Positions 9,749 through 20,568 are shown, counted from the first letter of the stretch. The stretch is DNA of 64,000 nt from Candidatus Poribacteria bacterium (GCA_965215015.1 OZ244042.1:3520001-3584000), one strand, 5' to 3'. Program-made: numbers and translations. The notes: a model not told the origin generated them from the sequence alone.

Positions 9749-10663
9749 ATGATCAAATTGACAGCGAATTCCTTCATTACCCATAAAGAAGCCGAAAGTC
9801 CAGATGATTGTCAAGACGCTTGTGACCAGAATGATGAGAAAGGGTGCTACGCTATCGCAGATGGCGCGACTCGTTCCTTTTTTCCAAAGGAGTGGGCAAC
9901 CCTTCTGGTAGAGCACTTCTGCAAAAATACCGATTTGTCTTCAGCGAAAGCAGATTGGCGAGGCTGGATAGGTCCCATCCAACAAAAATGGTATGAGCAG
10001 ATAAAAGAAAAGGTAAAGGAACGAAGCCTATTTTATCTTACAAATTCGTTCAACTCTCAAGAGTCCGCCGTTTCTACTTTTATTGGCATCGAATTCAATA
10101 AAGATAACGGTGCATGGGAGGCTATGATTGTGGGCGATAGTTGCCTATTTCATGAAAGCGATTTTAAGTTTAAAAGTTACCTGATAGAAAATTCAGCGGG
10201 TTTTACGAATCGTCCCGAGGCTTTCGCTAGTTTTGCAAAAGACAATCATTTTGAGCCCTCATTTGAGAGTGGACGCGCCAACCCCGGTGATACCTTTATC
10301 TTAGCAACGGATGCCTTAGCGAAATGGGTACTTGAACATAAGGAAGCTGGGGAATTAGAGGCGGCACTTACTTCTCTCAGAGAGCTAAAAACGGATGAAC
10401 AATTCTACCAATTTGTCCATAAAGCGCGCCATGACAAAGCCAGCCGCCTCGTTAATGACGACGTAGCACTTATGCTAATTTCGGTTGAAGAAGTTCAAAA
10501 GCCAGAAGAGATCGGACTGGAAGCACCATCAGAGGCGCAAAGCCAAGAACCAATTCAACAACAGAACGGCTTGTCGCGTATCCTCTTTTGGGGGATTCTC
10601 GTAGGAGTTTTTGGGGTCTTTGTTGGGTTTATTATTCTTTTTGTATTACTCAATCCCAAGTAA
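9749..10663 (+). CDS. PP2C-like protein phosphatase of TerY-P triad, with C-terminal transmembrane helix
   Basis: CQDA, AIADGATRS, VGDSCLF, LATDAL, VNDDVA; hydrophobic tail ILFWGILVGVFGVFVGFIILFVLL. Confidence 0.85.
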   Translation: MIKLTANSFITHKEAESPDDCQDACDQNDEKGCYAIADGATRSFFPKEWATLLVEHFCKNTDLSSAKADWRGWIGPIQQKWYEQIKEKVKERSLFYLTNSFNSQESAVSTFIGIEFNKDNGAWEAMIVGDSCLFHESDFKFKSYLIENSAGFTNRPEAFASFAKDNHFEPSFESGRANPGDTFILATDALAKWVLEHKEAGELEAALTSLRELKTDEQFYQFVHKARHDKASRLVNDDVALMLISVEEVQKPEEIGLEAPSEAQSQEPIQQQNGLSRILFWGILVGVFGVFVGFIILFVLLNPK

Positions 10664-10686
10664 CGAAATCACAACTGGAGCATCTT

Positions 10687-12666
10687 ATGCTTTGGCCAGG
10701 CCGGATTGATTATACCCAGGCAGTGGGTAATTTTCCACATATCAGTGTATTAGACCCGATACTTAGAGGGGGAACCCCCCGGAGAGGGACTAGCAACTAT
10801 CCAATAGTTTACTCCGGCGGCTTTTCGACTGTGTTTCCGGTTGAGGTGTTGTCGAACACCTATGCGCTGCGGTGCTGGATTGCAGACATTGGAGATGCTG
10901 AAACTCGGTATCAAGAAATATCAGACTATCTGAAGCAATGCCGTTTACCCTACTTTGTTGATTTTGCGTATGTTCCCGAAGGTATTTTGGTGAATGGTAC
11001 TAAGTATCCCATCACGCGCATGGAATGGGCGGAGGGGGAAACACTTTGTGGTTTTATTAAACACAATTTGCAGGACGCTGGGTGTCTGAAAACCGCAGCG
11101 GCAGAGTTTCAAAAGATGGTTGAAACCCTCCATATACACCAGATTGCACACGGAGACTTTCAAGATGGAAATATCCTGCTCAAGCGAAACGGAACTTATG
11201 TCGAAATCAAGTTGATAGACTACGACAGTTTGTTCGTTCCGACACTTCGTGGGCAACCTGATAATATTGTTGGACTTCCAGAATATCAACACCCCCAAAG
11301 AATAGCAGGCGGTGGGGGTGCCAACGAAAAGATGGATTATTTCTCAGAGTTGGTGATCTATCTTTCCTTGTTGAGTCTTGCGGAAAAGCCCGATCTCTGG
11401 AGTCAGTTTGGGGATCGAACAGAAAAAGGGTTGCTATTCACTGCCGAGGATTTCAGAAATCCAGACCAATCTGATGTCTTCCGAGAGCTTGAAAACCTGT
11501 CGTCAGATGTGAAACGGTTGGCTTCAAAATTAAAAGAATCTTGTAAGCGATCCGTTGACCAATTGGAACCCTTGGAAGCGATATTGGCATACAATCAGGG
11601 GCTCGTTTATCTTCAAAATAGCCGATATAATGAAGCTGTCATCGAGTTTGAAAAGGCGACAGGTCTTGACCCGAATTATAAAGAGGCACATCATGGGCTT
11701 GGCCTTGCACACTTACAGATGGGCAATCTTGAGGAAGCGGAAAAGGCGGCGGAAGCGGCTTTACAGATTGATTCGGGCTATCAACCTGCTCGTCAACTTT
11801 TAGATGCTATAAAAAGAAAATTCCCTGGGCCCCAGCCAGTACCGCCTTCCTCAAAGAGCGCGCTTAATCTCTGGCAGTACATTGCACCTAACCTTTGGCA
11901 GTACATCACTGGTACTTTAGCTTTTGTCCTATTGATTTGCATTGTGGCACTTGCAACGCAGATAAGCGCAAAAGATGAAGCTCTCCGCCAAATTGAGGTG
12001 TTAAACCAACAGGTCAAAACAGGGTCAGAACTCTATGCTATAATTTCAATGTTGCGGAATCAACTGACTGAACAGGAGAAGAAAACTAAGACTCAGTTCG
12101 CTATAAGCCAGCAATTGCGAAATGAAAAAGAGGAGATCCGTAGTCAAAACCAAATATTACAGAACGAGAATGTGAGGTTACGAGAGCAATTGGACGAACA
12201 GCACTCATCTCTTAATCCTTTCTCTAGAGATGACGAGCGGTTCCGTATGGCCTCTCCCCAAAAGATTTATAGTATTCCCCGAATAGTATTCCCCGAGAGA
12301 GGGGCTGCGATTTATAAAAATAATCTAGGATGCGATGCCTTTGACAACAACCAGTACAGCGAAGCTATTGAATTTTTTGACGACGCTATAAGGAGTGCCC
12401 CACAATCTGCAGTAGTCCACTACAACCTGGGTTGCACTTACTTAGCGATGAACAGGTATGATAAGGCCGTAAATTATCTTAACCGGGCGGTAGTCCTTGA
12501 TCCAAGGTTTAAAGAAGCGCACTACAACCTTGCCCTTGCTTTTCTTAGGCGCGGTTATCAGCTTGATCATCACACGGCGATAAATGTGGTTCAAGAAGCC
12601 TTGCAAATTGATAGGCACTATCAGCCTGCTCGCCAGCTTTTAGAGGCTATTGAACAGGTTGATTGA
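10687..12666 (+). CDS. TerY-P-type protein kinase fused to TPR - transmembrane helix - coiled coil - TPR
   Basis: SGGFSTVF, YALRCW, MEWAEG, HGDFQDGNIL, LIDYD, YQHP; TPR repeats on both sides of TM YITGTLAFVLLICIVALA; GGAG before ATG 10687. Confidence 0.85.
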   Translation: MLWPGRIDYTQAVGNFPHISVLDPILRGGTPRRGTSNYPIVYSGGFSTVFPVEVLSNTYALRCWIADIGDAETRYQEISDYLKQCRLPYFVDFAYVPEGILVNGTKYPITRMEWAEGETLCGFIKHNLQDAGCLKTAAAEFQKMVETLHIHQIAHGDFQDGNILLKRNGTYVEIKLIDYDSLFVPTLRGQPDNIVGLPEYQHPQRIAGGGGANEKMDYFSELVIYLSLLSLAEKPDLWSQFGDRTEKGLLFTAEDFRNPDQSDVFRELENLSSDVKRLASKLKESCKRSVDQLEPLEAILAYNQGLVYLQNSRYNEAVIEFEKATGLDPNYKEAHHGLGLAHLQMGNLEEAEKAAEAALQIDSGYQPARQLLDAIKRKFPGPQPVPPSSKSALNLWQYIAPNLWQYITGTLAFVLLICIVALATQISAKDEALRQIEVLNQQVKTGSELYAIISMLRNQLTEQEKKTKTQFAISQQLRNEKEEIRSQNQILQNENVRLREQLDEQHSSLNPFSRDDERFRMASPQKIYSIPRIVFPERGAAIYKNNLGCDAFDNNQYSEAIEFFDDAIRSAPQSAVVHYNLGCTYLAMNRYDKAVNYLNRAVVLDPRFKEAHYNLALAFLRRGYQLDHHTAINVVQEALQIDRHYQPARQLLEAIEQVD

Positions 12667-12683
12667 GGGAGAACATTTAGCCA

Positions 12684-15600
12684 ATGAATGTGACGAATTC
12701 TATACAAACAAAATTAGACACAGCCCGGGCGGAGCTGCTTGATCAGAGTTTACGCAATCCCCTCATTAACTACAGGTTGTTGAGGGCACGAGGGGTTGAG
12801 ATTGTTGATGAATCCCCTCCAGATGTTTATCGCATCCTTGTGCAAGAAGGTGAAAACCTACAACTGTTTGCAGATGATGAGGTGGAGAAAGATTCTGCTC
12901 GGTATACCGATAGGACGCTTCAAACGGGCTATTCATCAGCGGAGCTTCAAAGGCGTTTGCTGAACACCTACTATACAGCGCGGACAGCTATCGAAGAACA
13001 GGGGGTGAATACACTCTACCTCGCACTCGGTATGCTCCAATGGTATGAATCCGGATCGAGTGATATACTACGTCACGCACCACTCATCCTGATTCCGGTG
13101 GAAATTAACCGTGCTAGTGTCCGAACCCACTTCCGTATTGGCTACACAGGGGAGGATATCGGGACCAATCTCTCCCTTCAGGAAAAATTAAAATCTGAAT
13201 TTGGTGCCCAATTTCCAGACCTTCCTGATGCGGATGACCTTGAGAAATCCGGCATTCAGAGCTATTATCGAACAGTAGGTGCGGCAATTGATGGACTCAG
13301 GTGTTGGTCGGTTGATGAGTCTGCAATTGCGCTTGGTTTTTTTTCGTTTGCTAAGTTTCTGATGTATCGTGACCTAGACACGGCAAATTGGCCCGGCAAT
13401 ACCCTATCTGAGCATTCAGTATTACAGTCCCTACTGGCAAGGGGATTTCAAGAACCGAGGTCAGTCATTGATCCTAGCACACCTAATATTGACGAACACC
13501 TCAATCCTACTGAGACACATCATGTCGTTGATGCGGATAGTTCGCAGGCGTTGGCTATCCATGATGTAGGTCAAGGACGAAATCTCGTTATCCAAGGCCC
13601 ACCGGGCACCGGAAAGTCCCAAACCATTACCAACCTGATTGCGGAAGCCATCGCAAAGGGGAAACGGGTGCTATTTGTAGCAGAAAAGATGGCGGCTTTG
13701 GAAGTGGTCAAGCGTAATCTGGACAAGGTAGGGCTCGGAGATGCGTGTCTGGAGCTACACAGCCATAAGATGAACAAAAAGGCTGTCGTTGATGAGCTAA
13801 AGCGAATCCTAGAACTCGGCGAGCCACGGAGAACAGTCTTTGAAGAGGAAGTAAGGTTACTACTCAATAACCGACACCGCTTAAACAGTTACTGTCAGGC
13901 AGTCAACACGCCCATTGGCGAGAGTGGGATCACGCCTTATCAGGCGTATGGCGAACTTTTAGCGGTGGAACGTCGCCTTTCAGAGGTACAATCTCCACCT
14001 TTGGATTTACGTCAATTTCAACATTCGGCATCAGAATTTAGAAAAGGGGTAGACCTCACAGAAGAATTACAACGTCATCTCAAGCAAATGGGGGTACCTG
14101 TAAGTCACCCGTTTTGGGGCAGTGGTTGTAAGCTCTTTCTTCCAACTGACAGAGATTCGCTGGAACGGACAGCAGCCAAAGCAAAAGAAACGGTCACAGC
14201 ACTCAAGGATTCATCCGAACGCCTCGCACAACATCTCAAACTTCCGGTGCCAGATACTTATGGAGCGGTCAAATTTCTGATCCGGGTGGCGCATCGTGCG
14301 TTAGATGCGCCACACTTAGCAGGTGTCAACGTGCAGTCAACCGAATGGCGGACGCACCGTAGCGATTTGGAGGTAGGATTAAGGGCGGGGAAACGGTTGA
14401 GCGAACTTCATGCTGAATATGATAGTATCCTTATCTCTGAAGCGTGGGCACAAAATGTTCTGGAGATTCGGCAGATGTTGGCAGCCTATGGAGATAAATG
14501 GTGGTGTTTTCTTTTTGGCAAATATCGCCGCGCCTGCAATGAACTAACAGGCTTATGTACGCAACCACTACCCAAAACCCAAGAAGCGCGCCTCCGTATC
14601 GTTGACGCGATTCGTGACGCACAACGTGAATTACCCCATCTTGAAAAGATACAGGGACTCGGACAACGACTGTTCGGCACACGCTGGCAAGGGGAGTCCT
14701 CGAATTGGTCTCAACTTCAAGAAATTGTCGGGTATCTTTCAGCATTGCACGAATCCGTAGCGAGGGGCGAATTGCCAGGGGCATTGGTTGCATATCTCGC
14801 AGCAAACCCTGATTTGGAAACACTTCGGACACTAGTTTCAACGGTTAAAGAGTACCAGAACAGTCAGTCACCTCTCCTTCAGACTGTTACCGAAAAGATT
14901 CAACTTGATGAAACAATACGTTTTGGAGGCGATGATGGACTAAAAGGGTGTACGTTCGCAGAGCAGGTGCACTTTCTTGAGCGTTGGGAACAGGAATCGG
15001 AGAGAATCCAAGATATCGTTACCTATAATCACTTGGTGAAGGCATTAAGGGACAGCGGCTTCGCTGAAATTGTGGAGGTTGCAAATGGCTGGCCCGAGGC
15101 GAATCAGTTTCTATCGAGCGTGCTCAAACTGGCTTGGTATAGTGCACAGGTTGAGACAGCAATGCAAGAACGCCCGATCCTTGCTTCTTTTGATGGCGAG
15201 GGTCAGCAGTTTATTGTTGAACTGTTCAAAGAGCAAGACAACCTTTCACTTGAGTACAATAAGGCTAAAGTTGCATACGAACATTGGAAGCATTTGCATC
15301 AACATGAAGCGTCTAGTGGACAGTTAGGTGTACTTATCCGTGAATTTCAAAAAAAACGGCGGCATCTGCCAATTCGTCAGCTTATGGACAAAGCAGGAAA
15401 TGCGATACAAGCAATTAAGCCGATATTCATGATGAGTCCGCTCTCAGTGGCAACATTCTTACCACCGAACAGTGTTGATTTCGATTGGGTGGTGTTTGAC
15501 GAGGCGAGTCAAGTCAAGCCAGTTGACGCTTTCGGGGCAATAATTCGGGGCAAGCAAACGGTTGTTGTTGGGGATAACCGTCAACTTCCACCGACCCGTT

Positions 15601-17363
15601 TCTTTGATAAGCACATAGCGGAGGACGATGTAGATGAAGATGCGGAAGAAAACCTAGTAGGCGATATGGAGAGCATCTTGGGGTTATTTAGTGCCCAGAA
15701 TGCGCCGGAACGTATGTTACGTTGGCACTACCGCAGCCGACACGAATCGCTAATTACCGTCTCCAACATTGAATTCTACGACAATAAGCTTCAACTCTTC
15801 CCAAGTCCTGATGCCGCAAAGAAGGAAGTTGGGCTAATTTATCATCACCTACCAGATACCACTTTTGACCGCGGAGGAAGTCGAAGCAACAAGGCAGAAG
15901 CCCGAATCGTCGCGGAACGGGTAATGGAACATGCTCGTAACCGTCCCCAATTGACGCTCGGCGTCTCTACATTCAGCACAGCTCAGATGGAGGCGGTTCA
16001 GAATGAACTTGAAAGCCTGCGGCGAGAAGATCCATCATGCGAACAAACATTTTTCAACGTGCATCCTGAGGAACCGTTTTTCGTCAAAAATTTAGAGAAC
16101 GTCCAAGGCGATGAACGCGATGTTATTTTTATTAGTATCGGCTACGGACGGGCTGCCAATGGATACCTCACGATGAACTTTGGGCCACTCAACCAGGATG
16201 GTGGGGAGCGGCGATTAAATGTATTGATTACGCGAGCGCGGCGGCGTTGCGAAGTGTTCACCAACCTGAAAGGTGACGACATTGATTTGAGTAGTACCAA
16301 TGCCCGTGGTGTTGTGGCACTTAAACGTTATCTCCAATATGCAGAGACAGGCAAATCCGATATCGTAATACCGACCGGCAAGGCGGCGGACTCCCTCTTT
16401 GAAGAAGAGGTCGCGTATGCCCTGCGGAACCTTGGCTACCAAGTTGACCATCAAATCGGTTCCGCCGGATATTTCATTGATCTTGGGGTCAAAGATCCAG
16501 AACATCCGGGACGCTACCTATTGGGTATTGAATGTGATGGTGCGACCTACCATAGTGCACAATCAGCCCGTGACCGTGATCGGCTCCGACAACAAGTGCT
16601 TGAAGGACTGGGTTGGCGTATCCATCGCATCTGGAGTACCGATTGGTTTAGACGTTCAGACCGAGAACTTGAAAAGGCAGCCAAGGCAATTGAAGCAGCC
16701 AAGGTACACATCCCTTCCTCACTTAAGCCTCCTCCCGAAAGCGATATCCCTGATCCTAGTGAGCGCGGGAAAGGACCAGAAAGCGAAACTCCAAATAATG
16801 TACCGAAACAGTCCAGGGAACCCCTTAAGTATAAACCTGCTGAACCTATCATTTCCACCAACGGGCGCGATTTACATGCTGTTTCGCCATTCGTGATGGC
16901 AAAATGGATTCAGGCTATTGTTAAAATCGAGAGTCCGATGCATCTCGACGAAGTGGCGAGACGAATCGCAACCGCTGTGGGGGTAGGTCAAGTAGGTAGT
17001 CGCATCCAAGACACAGTTAACACCGCTGCGAGGCAAGCAGCGCGTTCTGGCAGTATTCAGATTAAAGGAAAATTTCTCTATTGGACGGAGCAAGGGGAGG
17101 TCGTCGTGCGGGATCGGAGTGGACTCCCGAACGCTTCACGAAAGATAGAGCTTATCGCGCCTGAAGAGATAGAGATGGGTATCAAGCAGGTCGTATCGGT
17201 TGTCTTTGGGATCGAGCGGGTTGATTTAGCCCGTGAGGTTTGCAAGCTTTTCGGATTCAAGTCAACTAGCCAAAATATGCGACGAGAGGTTGAGAGAGTC
17301 GTAGAGGGGTTGATCAAGAATGAAGGGTTGATTTGCAAAGGGGACTCATTATCTATTCCTTGA
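12684..17363 (+). CDS. DUF4011 / SF1 (Upf1-like) helicase / Vsr-like endonuclease / DUF3320 protein (Hhe-like defence protein)
   Basis: LLDQSLRNPLIN (DUF4011), GPPGTGKSQT, FDEASQ, GDNRQLPP, HYRSRHESLI, ENVQGDERD, RRLNVLITRAR, IDLGV..GIECDGATYH, HRIWSTDW. Confidence 0.88.
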   Translation: MNVTNSIQTKLDTARAELLDQSLRNPLINYRLLRARGVEIVDESPPDVYRILVQEGENLQLFADDEVEKDSARYTDRTLQTGYSSAELQRRLLNTYYTARTAIEEQGVNTLYLALGMLQWYESGSSDILRHAPLILIPVEINRASVRTHFRIGYTGEDIGTNLSLQEKLKSEFGAQFPDLPDADDLEKSGIQSYYRTVGAAIDGLRCWSVDESAIALGFFSFAKFLMYRDLDTANWPGNTLSEHSVLQSLLARGFQEPRSVIDPSTPNIDEHLNPTETHHVVDADSSQALAIHDVGQGRNLVIQGPPGTGKSQTITNLIAEAIAKGKRVLFVAEKMAALEVVKRNLDKVGLGDACLELHSHKMNKKAVVDELKRILELGEPRRTVFEEEVRLLLNNRHRLNSYCQAVNTPIGESGITPYQAYGELLAVERRLSEVQSPPLDLRQFQHSASEFRKGVDLTEELQRHLKQMGVPVSHPFWGSGCKLFLPTDRDSLERTAAKAKETVTALKDSSERLAQHLKLPVPDTYGAVKFLIRVAHRALDAPHLAGVNVQSTEWRTHRSDLEVGLRAGKRLSELHAEYDSILISEAWAQNVLEIRQMLAAYGDKWWCFLFGKYRRACNELTGLCTQPLPKTQEARLRIVDAIRDAQRELPHLEKIQGLGQRLFGTRWQGESSNWSQLQEIVGYLSALHESVARGELPGALVAYLAANPDLETLRTLVSTVKEYQNSQSPLLQTVTEKIQLDETIRFGGDDGLKGCTFAEQVHFLERWEQESERIQDIVTYNHLVKALRDSGFAEIVEVANGWPEANQFLSSVLKLAWYSAQVETAMQERPILASFDGEGQQFIVELFKEQDNLSLEYNKAKVAYEHWKHLHQHEASSGQLGVLIREFQKKRRHLPIRQLMDKAGNAIQAIKPIFMMSPLSVATFLPPNSVDFDWVVFDEASQVKPVDAFGAIIRGKQTVVVGDNRQLPPTRFFDKHIAEDDVDEDAEENLVGDMESILGLFSAQNAPERMLRWHYRSRHESLITVSNIEFYDNKLQLFPSPDAAKKEVGLIYHHLPDTTFDRGGSRSNKAEARIVAERVMEHARNRPQLTLGVSTFSTAQMEAVQNELESLRREDPSCEQTFFNVHPEEPFFVKNLENVQGDERDVIFISIGYGRAANGYLTMNFGPLNQDGGERRLNVLITRARRRCEVFTNLKGDDIDLSSTNARGVVALKRYLQYAETGKSDIVIPTGKAADSLFEEEVAYALRNLGYQVDHQIGSAGYFIDLGVKDPEHPGRYLLGIECDGATYHSAQSARDRDRLRQQVLEGLGWRIHRIWSTDWFRRSDRELEKAAKAIEAAKVHIPSSLKPPPESDIPDPSERGKGPESETPNNVPKQSREPLKYKPAEPIISTNGRDLHAVSPFVMAKWIQAIVKIESPMHLDEVARRIATAVGVGQVGSRIQDTVNTAARQAARSGSIQIKGKFLYWTEQGEVVVRDRSGLPNASRKIELIAPEEIEMGIKQVVSVVFGIERVDLAREVCKLFGFKSTSQNMRREVERVVEGLIKNEGLICKGDSLSIP

Positions 17364-17392
17364 GTTATGTATAAAGAGCGGCGAGCGAGTTC

Positions 17393-17815
17393 TTGATGCG
17401 TTTTGTGGTGTTGGGTCTACATTATTGGAGTATTCTAACGAAGGATGCAGATCACAAAGTAAAAGAAATGAGGCTTTCAGGGAATCTAGCTACTCAATAT
17501 TCAAAAAGTGAGAGTGATTTGGGGAATATTGAAGGATATGAATCGTTTTTAGAAGAACTGGCAGGTGTATTTCGTAAGGTCTTGATGAAGGTGGAGAACA
17601 GGCCGTACATGGCAATTATTGTTAGTGATTTTCGTCATGCCTCCGATTTCTATCCCTTCCATTCTGACTTATACCAACGATTGAATTGGTTGGTGTGTCA
17701 ACTCTTGAGCAGAGACATAAGAAATTATACCCATACGGTTAACCTTTTTGTTATATCCCAAACATCCATCATTAATATATCCTTTTGTTTCAGGTCTTTC
17801 ATCAGTGCCTTCGGG
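17393..17815 (+). pseudogene. Degraded N4/N6 DNA methyltransferase fragment
   Basis: YWSIL...DLGNIEGYESFL...IIVSDFRH...PFHSDL, then in a shifted frame QRHKKLYPYG*PFCYIPNIHH*YILL with stops; catalytic PPY motif lost. Confidence 0.6.
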
Positions 17816-17828
17816 AGGCAGTTAGACA

Positions 17829-18659
17829 ATGAAGCCGAACCAGATTATTCAGGGAGATGCTCTTGAACTTCTAAAGGAAATCCCTGATTGCTTCGCTGAA
17901 TTGATAATAGCTGATCCGCCTTATAACATTGGCAAAGACTTTGGGATAGGCAAACATTTTAATAAGGTTGAAGTCTGGCGTGAGTGGTGTAGACATTGGT
18001 TAGCCGAGTGTCATAGGATCCTAACTGACAATGGGTCTCTGTTCGTATATGGAATTCATAAATATATTTGTTATGTGCAGGTTGATTTAATGGACATGGG
18101 GATGGAGTATGGCCGGTTGCTTATATGGCACTATGAAAACGGTTTTGCCGGGTATACGAAGAAACCTGCTGCCCACTATGAGCCGCTTCTTTGGATGACC
18201 AAAAGCAAGAATTTTGTATATCACACGATTCGGGAGCCTTATAAAAGTCAAGAACGTTTGAAGCACAAGATAACCAAGAATGGGAAGATATGGAAACCTC
18301 ATCCGGAGGGCAGATTAGCAGGAGATGTGTGGAGATTTCCTACGTTGGCAGGTCGTCGTTTTGCAGGGGAAAAGGTCGATCACCCAACCCAGAAGCCACT
18401 GAGTTTGACACTTCGGATTATAAAACACTTTTCTAATAAGGGGGATACGATTCTTATTCCATTTACAGGTTCTGGCACAGAATGTGTTGCGGCAAAAATA
18501 CTTGGAAGAAATCATCTCGGATTTGAGTTGAATCCAGACTACATAATCTTAGCAGAAGAACGTTTGAAGAACGCAGAAGAATCCGCTGGTTCTTCAAATG
18601 AGGCAAATCAACAGCTATATCTTGAGGGTTGTGAGATCTCTACTGATTTGATCTCGTAG
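17829..18659 (+). CDS. Site-specific DNA methyltransferase (N4-C/N6-A, beta class)
   Basis: ADPPYN near the N-terminus, HPTQKP, PFTGSGT, GFELN. Confidence 0.92.
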   Translation: MKPNQIIQGDALELLKEIPDCFAELIIADPPYNIGKDFGIGKHFNKVEVWREWCRHWLAECHRILTDNGSLFVYGIHKYICYVQVDLMDMGMEYGRLLIWHYENGFAGYTKKPAAHYEPLLWMTKSKNFVYHTIREPYKSQERLKHKITKNGKIWKPHPEGRLAGDVWRFPTLAGRRFAGEKVDHPTQKPLSLTLRIIKHFSNKGDTILIPFTGSGTECVAAKILGRNHLGFELNPDYIILAEERLKNAEESAGSSNEANQQLYLEGCEISTDLIS

Positions 18660-18907
18660 GTATGAAGGCACCCTAGCTTGGTCCATTAGTTCAAGAATAT
18701 AATCTCCGTTAATTCGCCCATGAAATTAGGTATCCAAATATAGTTGCTGTGTTTTTTTCCAGTGTAAGCCATGACTACCTGAGAAATTAACGAAAAATTA
18801 GGAGGATGAGTCGAACCGTAGGACTATTGTAGATGGTATGTGGATATTTTGTCGATCTGAAAATTTTAGCAGGAACGTAAAGTTGTTCTTAATTACGGAG
18901 GTATTAA

Positions 18908-19948
18908 ATGGCACAAAAGACATGCTTGATGATTGGCGGAAGCGGCATGGCAGGCGGCTGGATCCGAAACTTTGTCGATAACTTCAGCGATCGGATAAAA
19001 ATTATTGGATTAGCGGATGTGCTGCCGGATGTGCTGGCGCAGCAGGGAGCGGCACTCGGTCTCAGCGAAAATCAGCTGTTCACAGACTTTAATGAGGCGT
19101 GTGCGGCGGTCAAAGCGGACTTCTGCGGTGTTGCGACACCCCCACCATTCCACAGTCCTGCAGCGATTGCTGCGATGGAAAACGGAATGCCGGTAATCTG
19201 TGAAAAGCCGATCGCCGATACACTTGAAGCGGCGAAGGCGATGGTGGCTACTGCTCAGAAAACCGGAATGCCGTGTGCGATTATCCAGAATTACCGTTAT
19301 GCAAGGAATAAACAGGAGTTGGTTCGCATTCGGGGAGAGGAACGGTTAGGGCGGCTCCAGCATATTGTGGGGCGGTACGCCTGTGACTACCGTCGCTATC
19401 AATCGTGGGGTAAGGCGTGGCGGCACGATATGAATTTCAGTCTGCTCTTTGAGGGCTCTGTTCACCATCTTGACATGCTGCGCTTCCTCTCCGGCGGCGA
19501 CTGCGAGATGCTAATCGGGTTTGGTTGGAATCCTGAGTGGTCCAGTTTTAAGCACTATTCGAGTGGATTGTACTTGATGCAGATGGACAATGGAGTTCAT
19601 ACCTGTTACGAGGGGAATAGCTCTGCTGCGGGCATCGTCAACTGTTGGCATAACGAACATTATCGCGCGGAATTTGAGGAGGGGTGTGTCGAAATTGCCG
19701 GTGGAGATCAGGTTACGATTCATCGGGTCGGTCAGGAGGCGGAGGTATACGAAGCACCGGAGATACCTCGCTTCGGTCATGAGCATCTGTTCGACGAATT
19801 TATCAACTGGCTTGATGGCGGTGCACCCTCTGCAACGCGAATTGAGGACAACATCAAGAGTTTCGCGTTGGTGATTGCGGCGATGGAGACAAGTGTTGAC
19901 GGGCAACCGAAACGGATTGCGGACTACTTGAGCGGACTGGATCTCTGA
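18908..19948 (+). CDS. Gfo/Idh/MocA family oxidoreductase
   Basis: GGSGMA, ICEKPIA, HHLDMLRF; GGAGG RBS. Confidence 0.88.
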   Translation: MAQKTCLMIGGSGMAGGWIRNFVDNFSDRIKIIGLADVLPDVLAQQGAALGLSENQLFTDFNEACAAVKADFCGVATPPPFHSPAAIAAMENGMPVICEKPIADTLEAAKAMVATAQKTGMPCAIIQNYRYARNKQELVRIRGEERLGRLQHIVGRYACDYRRYQSWGKAWRHDMNFSLLFEGSVHHLDMLRFLSGGDCEMLIGFGWNPEWSSFKHYSSGLYLMQMDNGVHTCYEGNSSAAGIVNCWHNEHYRAEFEEGCVEIAGGDQVTIHRVGQEAEVYEAPEIPRFGHEHLFDEFINWLDGGAPSATRIEDNIKSFALVIAAMETSVDGQPKRIADYLSGLDL

Positions 19949-20010
19949 TTTATAAAAAGTAGGGTGTAACAAGGTCGCATTATGCTTTATGTTATAGCGA
20001 GGCGATTATC

Positions 20011-20293
20011 ATGGCAAAAAAATCAACCGTATTTCCGTATTCGGAACGCCGACAAAGCACTTGAGTTTTTGAAGCAGTGGGGATATGCGTCGCAAAAGCC
20101 TTGGAACGAATATCCTTTTTCTTATCAAGTGGTTGGAACTGATTTGTATATCAGGACCTTTTCGACAGGGCAAGCGGATATCCAGCTACCCTGGAATTAG
20201 AACCGTGAAGATTGCAACCTATTCCGGTGCCTGAAACGACAATTTTGGGATGACCACCTATACTTCAAAAAACTTTTTAAGACCTTGAAATGA
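20011..20293 (+). pseudogene. Probable degraded hypothetical gene (A7 frameshift and internal stop)
   Basis: ATG 20011 would join the 19982-20200 frame if the A7 run at 20016-20022 were A6; frame continues past TAG 20198-20200. Confidence 0.3.
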
Positions 20294-20568
20294 ATACGGT
20301 AACAGCTATCGAACAACTCAGGTAAATCCTCAGTGGATATGTGCGACTGCCGGAGCAATCTCCTATTCGAGAACATGTCCTACAGACTTATTTGAGGGGG
20401 GTTCGCTAGATAAACGAGTTCCGGTTTCGTTGTCTTGATGCTTTGGTGTAAGGAGCACCGATCATTATTACCTATGAGATCGTGAATTTCGATGTGGGCT
20501 TGTAAGAAGCCCCGATGGGATTGGGATTAAGAAGTATGCGCTCACCCCAAAGTACAAGGAGAACAAAC

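Noticed and set aside
18612-18790. Restriction endonuclease remnant on the minus strand
   Set aside because: Only a short stop-interrupted frame with no recognisable motif
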